Virus record (IMG/VR): IMGVR_UViG_3300042892_002922
Span: 96,001-160,000 of that record
DNA from: a virus
Lineage: Duplodnaviria; Caudoviricetes
Strand: one strand, 5' to 3'
Length of the DNA: 64,000 nt
Positions 16,961 through 25,090 of the stretch are shown here, in pieces. Every line of letters starts with the position of its first letter. Positions within the stretch are counted from its first letter, which is position 1. A program made the position numbers and the translations under genes. The notes under the pieces were generated by a model. That model did no database searches. It saw nothing but the letters and a program-made list of their open reading frames with translations, and was not told the origin of the DNA.

Positions 16961-18196
16961 ATGGGAATACCAAAAAGAAAAAACGACATACAAATCTACA
17001 AAGGTAAAGAATTGACCGGTAGAAGACAGGAATTGTTAGATAAAATAACAAAGTCGGATACGTATTTACCTGACTCTATTCTACATGACGATTTAGATAT
17101 GGGTATGTTAGATTTTGTTAACACTAATTTTAAAGTTATTAGTGACGGTAAACCTATTCCAATTATTCCAAAAATTTTAACGATACAAAGATGGGCTCAG
17201 GTAATGAATACTTGGGAGTTTTCCGACGATGACGGTAATATGAAAATACCATTTATGGGTATCATAAGAAGACCTGATGTACAACCGGGAACAAATCCAT
17301 CAATACAAAGAACAATCCCAGAAAGATTACCTTTCCATTACGCAACAGTTGCTACTTGGAACGGCACACAAATGGGTGCAGACGTTTATAAGATACCACA
17401 GCCGGTCGCAGTGGACATTACATATGAGGTTACCATTATTTGTAACAAAATACGTGAACTAAACAGATTCAATAAAATTGTAATGCAAAAATTTGCATCT
17501 AGACAAGCGTATACAACGGTAAAAGGTCATTACATACCTATTTTACTAGATAAGGTTGAGGATAACTCTCCGATTGAACAAATTGATAATCGTAGATTTT
17601 ACTCGCAAAATTATCAATTTACTTTGTTAGGTTTATTAATTGACTCTGAAGAATTTGAGGTTAAGCCGGCCATTAGTAGAATGTTTCTATTAAATGAATT
17701 CATTGCAGGATCTAATTATCAAAAGAAATATATTAATAAAACAATAGAATTGACCGTTGTAACTTTCCCAGGGGATGGTTTGCAAAAACAATTTAGCGTT
17801 GGTGAGAGTATTGGTATTCTATTTAATGTTTCAATAAACGGTCTTTTACAAGAAAGAGATGTAGATTATTTCCATATCGCCGGAACATCTAAAATAACAT
17901 TTGTAGATGCTCCGTTTGAAAATAGTTTAATTGCAATAACATATTATAAAGGTAAAAATAGTGTATTCATAGATAGCTACGGTAAACCAATTCAAGTTTC
18001 CACAGAATATTACACTTACGATGGTTCAACCCTTGTTTTCGAATTATTGAATAATATTGACAGCATTGTTAGTTTAGATATTAACGGTCTTTTGGAAGAA
18101 GAGGGTGGCGGATTTGATATTAGTTCATCAAATGAAATAACTCTCAATTATTCCCCTGTGATTAATTCAAAAATTGGTGTGACATATCTACACTAA
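16961..18196 (+). CDS. Tail terminator / tail completion protein (gp15-like) with two C-terminal beta-sandwich repeats
   Basis: Position plus 'PQPVAVDITYEVTIIC...ELN.F...VMQ.F'. The C-terminus has two FxGDG/YDG...SINGLL.E...ITF/L...ITY repeats. Confidence 0.6.
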   Translation: MGIPKRKNDIQIYKGKELTGRRQELLDKITKSDTYLPDSILHDDLDMGMLDFVNTNFKVISDGKPIPIIPKILTIQRWAQVMNTWEFSDDDGNMKIPFMGIIRRPDVQPGTNPSIQRTIPERLPFHYATVATWNGTQMGADVYKIPQPVAVDITYEVTIICNKIRELNRFNKIVMQKFASRQAYTTVKGHYIPILLDKVEDNSPIEQIDNRRFYSQNYQFTLLGLLIDSEEFEVKPAISRMFLLNEFIAGSNYQKKYINKTIELTVVTFPGDGLQKQFSVGESIGILFNVSINGLLQERDVDYFHIAGTSKITFVDAPFENSLIAITYYKGKNSVFIDSYGKPIQVSTEYYTYDGSTLVFELLNNIDSIVSLDINGLLEEEGGGFDISSSNEITLNYSPVINSKIGVTYLH

Positions 18197-18351
18197 GATT
18201 CTCCGTAAATGTCCCTTTTTTTAGGTTTACAGGTTTCTTCTATTAATTTTTCTAAAAGTTTATAAATTTTTAATCCGTGTTTATCACAGTGGGTTTTAAC
18301 CATTTCGTGATGTTTATCACTTATTTTGACGTTTTTGGTTGTTGTTTTCAT
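18193..18351 (-). CDS. Ribbon-helix-helix DNA-binding protein (not in the ORF track)
   Basis: Manual translation: MKTTTKNVKISDKHHEMVKTHCDKHGLKIYKLLEKLIEETCKPKKRDIYGES*. Alternating beta strand, helix, Gly turn, helix. TATTTAT on the minus strand at 18360-18366. Confidence 0.7.
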   Translation of the reverse strand: MKTTTKNVKISDKHHEMVKTHCDKHGLKIYKLLEKLIEETCKPKKRDIYGES

Positions 18352-18358
18352 ATCTAAA

Positions 18359-18384
18359 GATAAATAACGATAAAAAAGGATAAA
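18359..18384. promoter_or_regulatory. Three GATAAA direct repeats at exact 10-bp spacing; candidate RHH operator
   Basis: GATAAA starts at 18359, 18369 and 18379, immediately upstream of the RHH start and overlapping its TATTTAT motif. Confidence 0.45.
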
Positions 18385-18477
18385 ATACTATCTAAGTAGT
18401 CAAAATCTTGGAAATCTTTGCTAAAAACAAAGATATTTATTTGATAAGAATAAAATAACTTAACCAAACATTTATCA

Positions 18478-21297
18478 ATGGCAAATTCAAACAGAGTTTT
18501 CGTTTCTCCGGGGGTCTACACTTCAGAGAAAGATTTAACATTCGTAGCGCAAAGTGTAGGGGTAACAACATTGGGTTTAGTAGGTGAAACTTTAAAAGGT
18601 CCAGCTTTCGAACCAATCTTGGTGTCTAATTTCGACGAATTCAAAACATATTTTGGTGGCACTTCACCCGCAAAAGACGGAAGTGATAACCCAAAATACG
18701 AGTTACCTTATGTAGCAAAATCATATTTACAAGAATCAAATCAGTTATTTGTAACCCGAGTATTGGGTTTAACTGGTTATAAACCAAACAGAACCTATGG
18801 TATTAAAACATTGGGTGGTATGGTTGTTGGAGACCTTGTAACAACAGGAACAACAACTGGAACAACAGTGGTTACCGCAAGTGGTATTACTGGTTCAACA
18901 TTTTATGCTGAACTTTCAGGAAAAACAGCATCTGATGGCGACTCAGTACCAGGATTTATCTTAGACCAATATAGTGGAAACACTAGTGGGAATACTGGTA
19001 ACTGGTTTACAATTGGAACTGTACCAACTGCTGCAACAAGTTCTTTAACTGGAACCACTGTTTCATCACCAATAGGTGCTAGTGCAACCAAAAACTGGTA
19101 TAACACATACTCAAACTTTACAAACAAGGTTTATTCATACCTATTCGTTTATAATCACGGAACAACATCATTTGATGTTACAAGATATGAATATAGCGCA
19201 ACTTTAGCAAATGACGGAAAAGTTGTTTGTTTGTTAAGGTCTAGAGGTTCATACATTTCGGAAGTATTAACACATAGAGTTACTGGTACAACATCGGTTC
19301 AAATTACTGGATCAGATATTGCATTAGATCCTTTATCAGAATTCACATTAACTGTTACAGACGTCGATGCTGATGTTAGAACATTTGATTGTAGTTTTGA
19401 CACTGCTTCAACAAAATATATTACAAAAGTTTTAGGTGTTGATGTTTTTGATAAAGAAAAAACGGTTAACCCAATATATGTTCACGAAGTTTATCCAAAT
19501 TTAATTAAAAATCTTTTCCAACAAGGTCAAATCAGAGGTTTAAATACTACTGAATATGTAAACGCAGAAGGAACAGATTTTGTACAACAATGGGATATGG
19601 CGGGTTCAAATTTAGTTGTTTCTGAAGTAAGAGGTGGTAACGTATTTGATTTATTTAGTTTCTTAACAATATCAGATGGTAACGCTTCTAATAATGAAGT
19701 TAAAATTACTATTCAAAATATTAATGTTGAAACTGGTGAATTTGATGTTTTAGTTCGTGATTTTTATGATTCAGACGAAAACCAAGTGGTTCTAGAGAAG
19801 TTCTCAAGATGTTCAATGAATCCGGATCTTCCAGGTTTCGTTGCTAAAAAAATTGGTACATCTGATGGTGAATATGAAATCAGAAGTAAATACGTTATGT
19901 TAGTATTGGCTGATAACGCGCCAGCAGACGCAATTCCAGCGGGTTTCAAAGGATGTACAACCAAAGATTCTATCGGAGGTTTAACATTTAAAACAAAATA
20001 CAATACAGCAGGTGAAACAATTTATTATAACACAGATGGTAGTGCGGAAATATCTAATGGAGATAAAGTTAAAAAAGTAACATTAGGTTTATCATCGCAA
20101 TCACATATTGGATATGACAAAGACATGTTCAAATTTAAGGGTGTTGGTGCTAATGAGGTAACATTTGGTTTTCACTTATCAACAAATGCCTCAACAATAA
20201 CTGACGCTAATGGAAATACAGTATATGAAACAACTGCATATGACTTTGAAGGTCAAACAGGTGTGGATAACCCATTAACAGGTATATCTTATTGTAAATT
20301 CACATTACCAGTATTTGGCGGATTTGATGGTTGGGATATCTACAGAAATGTTAGAACAAACACAGACGGATATATTTTTGGTAAAAACACATATTCAACC
20401 AATCACTCAACAAGTGGTGGTGTATTCAGTTCAACAGTTGGTAACTCAGATTATTACGCTTATTTAGAAGGTATTAATTCATTCTCTAATCCAGAAGCAG
20501 TAGATATTAATTTATTTGCAACTCCAGGTATCAATTGGTTAAACCACAGTTCTCTTGTAACTCAAGCTATTGATATGGTTGAGAATGATAGAGCGGATTC
20601 ATTATACATTATTAATGCACCAAACCACACAACAACAGCGGAAGTTGTTGATGATTTAGATAGTGTTAGTTTAGACACAAACTATTCAGCAACTTACTGG
20701 CCTTGGATTCAAGTAAGAGATACTGACAACGCAACTCAACTTTACTTACCACCAACAGGAGAAGTTGTTAAAAACATTGCATTAACCGATAATGTATCAT
20801 ATCCTTGGTTTGCAGTTGCAGGTTATTCAAGAGGTTTAGTTAACTCAATTAAAGCAGCTAAAAAATTAACATTAGATGATAGAGATGAATTATACAAAAA
20901 CAGAATTAACCCAATTGCGACATTCTCTGATACAGGTACAATTATTTGGGGTAACAAAACCTTACAAGTAAGAGAATCAGCATTAGATAGAATTAACGTA
21001 AGAAGATTGTTATTAAGAGCTAGAAAGTTGATTTCAGCAGTAGCAGTTAGATTATTGTTCGAACAAAATGATGATCAAGTAAGACAAGAATTCTTAAGTT
21101 TGGTTAACCCAATATTAGATTCTATTAAGAAAGAAAGAGGTTTGTATGATTTCCGCGTAGCGGTTTCTAACGACCCAGAAGACATTGATGCTAACACACT
21201 AAGAGGTAAGATTTACATTAAACCAACTAGATCATTAGAATTTATCGATGTAGAATTCATAATAACACCAACAGGTGCTTCTTTTGAAAATATATAA
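18478..21297 (+). CDS. Contractile tail sheath protein with large insertions
   Basis: N-terminal SPGVYTSEKD; C-terminal YSATYWPW, PWFAVAG..RG, LYKNRINPI, WGNKTL, RINVRRLL and IKPTRSLEFI. Confidence 0.95.
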   Translation: MANSNRVFVSPGVYTSEKDLTFVAQSVGVTTLGLVGETLKGPAFEPILVSNFDEFKTYFGGTSPAKDGSDNPKYELPYVAKSYLQESNQLFVTRVLGLTGYKPNRTYGIKTLGGMVVGDLVTTGTTTGTTVVTASGITGSTFYAELSGKTASDGDSVPGFILDQYSGNTSGNTGNWFTIGTVPTAATSSLTGTTVSSPIGASATKNWYNTYSNFTNKVYSYLFVYNHGTTSFDVTRYEYSATLANDGKVVCLLRSRGSYISEVLTHRVTGTTSVQITGSDIALDPLSEFTLTVTDVDADVRTFDCSFDTASTKYITKVLGVDVFDKEKTVNPIYVHEVYPNLIKNLFQQGQIRGLNTTEYVNAEGTDFVQQWDMAGSNLVVSEVRGGNVFDLFSFLTISDGNASNNEVKITIQNINVETGEFDVLVRDFYDSDENQVVLEKFSRCSMNPDLPGFVAKKIGTSDGEYEIRSKYVMLVLADNAPADAIPAGFKGCTTKDSIGGLTFKTKYNTAGETIYYNTDGSAEISNGDKVKKVTLGLSSQSHIGYDKDMFKFKGVGANEVTFGFHLSTNASTITDANGNTVYETTAYDFEGQTGVDNPLTGISYCKFTLPVFGGFDGWDIYRNVRTNTDGYIFGKNTYSTNHSTSGGVFSSTVGNSDYYAYLEGINSFSNPEAVDINLFATPGINWLNHSSLVTQAIDMVENDRADSLYIINAPNHTTTAEVVDDLDSVSLDTNYSATYWPWIQVRDTDNATQLYLPPTGEVVKNIALTDNVSYPWFAVAGYSRGLVNSIKAAKKLTLDDRDELYKNRINPIATFSDTGTIIWGNKTLQVRESALDRINVRRLLLRARKLISAVAVRLLFEQNDDQVRQEFLSLVNPILDSIKKERGLYDFRVAVSNDPEDIDANTLRGKIYIKPTRSLEFIDVEFIITPTGASFENI

Positions 21298-21317
21298 TAT
21301 TAATTAAAATAAAACAC

Positions 21318-21348
21318 AAATGGGGGGTAGACATAATATCCCCCATTT
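21318..21348. terminator. Intrinsic terminator-like hairpin after the sheath gene
   Basis: aaatggggg-N13-cccccattt inverted repeat followed by T-rich sequence. Confidence 0.7.
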
Positions 21349-21568
21349 TAATTTTTGATAGTGAAAAGAGATGATGTTTTTTAAAAATTTTATATTTTTT
21401 TCTCTATTTTTTAAGATTTGTTTGATATTTTTTTAATGTTTTATATAAGTGTTTGCAAAAAGCTACGGAAAAAAATCGACAAAACCAAGAAAACCCAAAA
21501 ATAAATTTATTTTAATTAGTGATATATTTATAATAAAGCAAATAAACTAAAAACAAATATAACAAAAA

Positions 21569-22057
21569 ATGGCGGATTTATTAATGAAAATGCCGGTTCC
21601 CTACGAACCAAAAAGAAAAAATAGATTTATCCTAAGATTTCCATCTACATTAGGTATAAATGAGTGGTACGTGACTTCAACATCTCGCCCATCAGCTAAA
21701 ATTAAATCTGTTGAAATACCTTTCTTAAACACCTCAACTTACGTTGCTGGTAGATTTGACTGGGAAGAAATTAAAGTTCAGTTTAAAGACCCGATTGGTC
21801 CTTCAGCAGCACAAGCACTTATGGAGTGGTTCCGCTTACACGCAGAATCAGTTACAGGTCGTATGGGTTATGCCGCAGGATATAAAAAAGATGTATACTT
21901 GGAAATGTTAGACCCAACAGGTGTTGTTGTTGAAAAGTGGTTATTAGAGGGTTGCTTCCTTACCAACTTAAACTTTGGTGATTTAGCATATTCTCAAGAT
22001 GAATTGGCAAGTATCGACTGTTCTTTAAGAATGGATAGATGCGTACTTATTTACTAG
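21569..22057 (+). CDS. Tail tube protein (gp19-like)
   Basis: 'YEPKRKNRFILRF...SRPS...VEIPFLN...YVAG...WEEI...W...Y.KD..LEMLDPTG.VVEKW.L.G.F'; directly follows the sheath gene. Confidence 0.9.
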   Translation: MADLLMKMPVPYEPKRKNRFILRFPSTLGINEWYVTSTSRPSAKIKSVEIPFLNTSTYVAGRFDWEEIKVQFKDPIGPSAAQALMEWFRLHAESVTGRMGYAAGYKKDVYLEMLDPTGVVVEKWLLEGCFLTNLNFGDLAYSQDELASIDCSLRMDRCVLIY

Positions 22058-22082
22058 TATTCTATACAATATATTGATATTC

Positions 22083-22138
22083 AATTCGTTAAGTCCAGTG
22101 TTCCACGTGAAATGCAGGATTTAACGAATTTTTTTTTA
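22083..22138 (+). terminator. Intrinsic terminator after the tube gene; loop contains a parS-like 16-mer
   Basis: aattcgttaagtcc ... ggatttaacgaatt stem (one G-U pair) followed by a T run. The loop contains TGTTCCACGTGAAATG at 22099-22114. Confidence 0.7.
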
Positions 22139-22176
22139 AACTTTACTTTAATGTACTTATAGTGTAAACTAGTATT

Positions 22177-22926
22177 ATGGAAAATTTTAACATAGACCCC
22201 TCAATTGCATACGACGTTGTGCAATTACCTTCGCAAGGACTATCATACACAAATAAGAAAAAATCCGTCAGGGTGGGTTATTTAACCGCTGCTGATGAGA
22301 ATGTATTGATGTCCCCCAACTTAATCAATGGCGAAGCCGTTATTGACGAATTATTAAGAAGAAAAATTCTTGATAGAGATTTAGACGTAAATGAACTTTT
22401 AGAAGAAGATAGACAAGCAATCTTAATTTTCTTGCGAAATACCGCATTTGGTACAATTTATAAGGTAAAAGCGGTTGACCCTAAAACAAGTGAAAATTTT
22501 GAACAGGATATTGATTTATCTAGTTTAAAGACAAAAGATTTTACTTTAAAAGCAAACGAAAATGATGAATATTCATATCATTTACCAATCTCTAAAAAAG
22601 ATATTACATTCAAATTCTTAACACAATTACAAGAAAATGAATTACTAACAATAAGAAATAAAACAACTGGTAAAGAAGTTTCTAATGTAATAACCAAACG
22701 ACTAGAAATGATGATTAAATCCATTGATGGGAATAAAGACCCAATGGCACTTTACCAATTCATTCAAACGATGCCAATTAAGGACTCTCAGGACTTTAAG
22801 AAATTCGTTTCAGATAATAAACCAGGATTAGATTTGTTTATTGATATAGCCGCCCCGTCAGGAGAAAAAGTCACAGTTGTTATTGACTTTGGGGTGGAGT
22901 TTTTTCGTCCTTTCTACGGATTATAA
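22177..22926 (+). CDS. Baseplate hub assembly / tail assembly chaperone (T4 gp26-like)
   Basis: 'YDVVQLPSQG..Y....V.V.YLTAADENVL' and C-terminal FGVEFFRP; located between tube and tape measure. Confidence 0.75.
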   Translation: MENFNIDPSIAYDVVQLPSQGLSYTNKKKSVRVGYLTAADENVLMSPNLINGEAVIDELLRRKILDRDLDVNELLEEDRQAILIFLRNTAFGTIYKVKAVDPKTSENFEQDIDLSSLKTKDFTLKANENDEYSYHLPISKKDITFKFLTQLQENELLTIRNKTTGKEVSNVITKRLEMMIKSIDGNKDPMALYQFIQTMPIKDSQDFKKFVSDNKPGLDLFIDIAAPSGEKVTVVIDFGVEFFRPFYGL

Positions 22927-22936
22927 GAAATATCAA

Positions 22937-23053
22937 ATGGATGAAATATTATTCTTGTTGAAAAACGGTTTTACGTATCAAGATGTATTAATGATTCCAG
23001 TACACGAAAGAAGAAATTTCGTTAGTTATTTATTTGACTTGCAAAATGGTTAA
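22937..23053 (+). CDS. Small tail-chaperone extension ORF (38 aa from its own ATG; frame open from 22850), probably also reached by +1 frameshift
   Basis: MDEILFLLKNGFTYQDVLMIPVHERRNFVSYLFDLQNG*. The 'Y..V..[MI]P..ER..F' pattern resembles the short ORFs that follow tail chaperones. Confidence 0.7.
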   Translation: MDEILFLLKNGFTYQDVLMIPVHERRNFVSYLFDLQNG

Positions 23054-23070
23054 TCTAATATTTATAGGTT

Positions 23071-25050
23071 ATGGGATTTAACAGCGCAATTGACGAATTA
23101 TTTAGTAGTAATGGTAGACGTGGTAATACGGATTTGCTTTCTTTTATGCAATCCAATACAACTAACTATAGTTCAAACAATGCACTAAAGCAAGACATTA
23201 ACGATGGTATATCGACTCTTCAAAACAAAATCAGAACGCTTACAGCATCTTCCGCTGCAACTGGCGCTGCTGCCGGTGGTGCTGGTGTTCTAGCAGCAAC
23301 ATCTGGTGCTGTTGGCAGTGTTGTTGGTAGAATATCGAGTTTGGCTGGTACTGCAATAGGTGGATTAGGTAATATTATTGTTAGTGGCGCTGAAAGTATA
23401 TTTAAAGACCAATTGAATGTTCAGAGAGATTTGCAATCCTCAGAAATTTCTGCACTACTTAAAACAGTTGCCACAAATGTGTTAAAACCCGTGGATCTTG
23501 TTAAAGGAGTAATTAGTTCACTGGCATCAAATGCTGGAGCATTAATTGCTGATGCATATGATAACGAAGCTAAAATGTTAACATCAATTTCACAAGCAGG
23601 TGGAATTATGGGCGATTTAGCTGGTGTTATGAAAGAGGAAATGTTAACGGCGGCAGAAGAAGCGGTTAAATTTGGTGTTTCAATTCAAGATGCGCGAGAC
23701 GCTTCAGCAGCATTAAGTAAAAATTCCGGACAAACAAAACTATATACAGCAGAAACAGTTGCAAATGCACTTAAGATTAGTAGTACATTAACGGATAGCG
23801 CAAAATCTATATTTGAAAATGCTGAGAATTTTAGAAATATTGGTTATGGGTTACAAGACGCAACTAAAATTATATTAAACGCTGGTAAAGCATCTTTAGC
23901 ACAAGGTTTAACAGCTAGGGAAACCACAAAAACATTAATGGCTAATTTAGGTAAACTAAATGAATACGGATTTAAAAATGGTGTTGCAGGTTTAACTCAA
24001 ATGGTTCAACAAGCACAATCACTAAAACTAAACATGGATAAAGTTTTTGTAGTTGCTGACAAAGTTTTTGAACCAGAAGGGGCTATTGATATGGCGGCTA
24101 AACTACAAATGATTGGTGGTGCTGCTGGTGACCTAGCTGACCCTATTAGAGCAATGTACGATGTTACCAATAATATGGAAGGCATACAAAGTTCAATCAT
24201 TGATTCAGCAAGAAGTTTAGCTGTGTTTGATGAAGCTCAAGGTCGTTTTGCTGTTACAGGTATCAACTTAAGAGTTGCAAAAGCTAGAGCAGATGCGCTA
24301 GGGATGACACTGGGGGAAATGTCGAGTTTAGCTATAAAAGCAGCAAACCAATTTGAGGTAATGAGTCAAATAGATATGTTTCCTCAATTCAAGGATGGTG
24401 ATCAAAAAGAGTTTATAAAAAATATGGCTCAAATTGGTTCAGGTGGAACAATTGGGTTTGAAATACCAAAAGAAATGCAACAATTCTTTGGTGGTCAGGC
24501 GTTTGTTGAATTATCAAATATGACTGGTGACCAAGTTGCCGCACTACAAAGATATCAAGAACAAATTGCTGGCGCTAGTTTGGAGGATTTGTCTAGAAGC
24601 CAATTTACCGTTCAAACACAAATGATGAGTGATATTAATAGCATTTATTTGTTATTACAAAACAATTTAAGAAGAGGTATTCGTGAAACTCAGGTTTATG
24701 ATTTATTAGATAAAGCTAAAACCGCATTAATGGACCCGAGTAACGGTCCTGCATTAGTTGAAGGCGCCACAGAAACCTTAAACAAAATTATGGGTATAAT
24801 ACCAGGTGGTGATAGTTTTAAGGGAAAATCTTATGAAAAACAACAGAAAGCAATACAAGATGAAATAGATAAAGCTAAAAGTAGACCTATTTCCGGAAAT
24901 GAAACAACATTTAATGTTAATCTAAAAATTTCGGGAGCCGATAACTATGCTAATTTACTAGCCACAACAATGCAAAAAGACCCATCAATGAAGGATCAGG
25001 TGGTTGCAGCAATAAATGAACCAATTAGGTCATATTTAGCAAATGCTTAA
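23071..25050 (+). CDS. Tape measure protein
   Basis: 659 aa, Ala/Gly/Leu-rich and helical, located after the chaperone locus. Confidence 0.75.
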   Translation: MGFNSAIDELFSSNGRRGNTDLLSFMQSNTTNYSSNNALKQDINDGISTLQNKIRTLTASSAATGAAAGGAGVLAATSGAVGSVVGRISSLAGTAIGGLGNIIVSGAESIFKDQLNVQRDLQSSEISALLKTVATNVLKPVDLVKGVISSLASNAGALIADAYDNEAKMLTSISQAGGIMGDLAGVMKEEMLTAAEEAVKFGVSIQDARDASAALSKNSGQTKLYTAETVANALKISSTLTDSAKSIFENAENFRNIGYGLQDATKIILNAGKASLAQGLTARETTKTLMANLGKLNEYGFKNGVAGLTQMVQQAQSLKLNMDKVFVVADKVFEPEGAIDMAAKLQMIGGAAGDLADPIRAMYDVTNNMEGIQSSIIDSARSLAVFDEAQGRFAVTGINLRVAKARADALGMTLGEMSSLAIKAANQFEVMSQIDMFPQFKDGDQKEFIKNMAQIGSGGTIGFEIPKEMQQFFGGQAFVELSNMTGDQVAALQRYQEQIAGASLEDLSRSQFTVQTQMMSDINSIYLLLQNNLRRGIRETQVYDLLDKAKTALMDPSNGPALVEGATETLNKIMGIIPGGDSFKGKSYEKQQKAIQDEIDKAKSRPISGNETTFNVNLKISGADNYANLLATTMQKDPSMKDQVVAAINEPIRSYLANA

Positions 25051-25090
25051 TTGGTTTTATAATAATATCTATTTATAGAATAAAGAATAG

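Noticed and set aside
21190-21346. Short minus-strand ORF starting inside the sheath terminator (MGDIMSTPHLCF...)
   Set aside because: It overlaps the conserved sheath C-terminus in antisense, starts within a hairpin and has no recognisable features.
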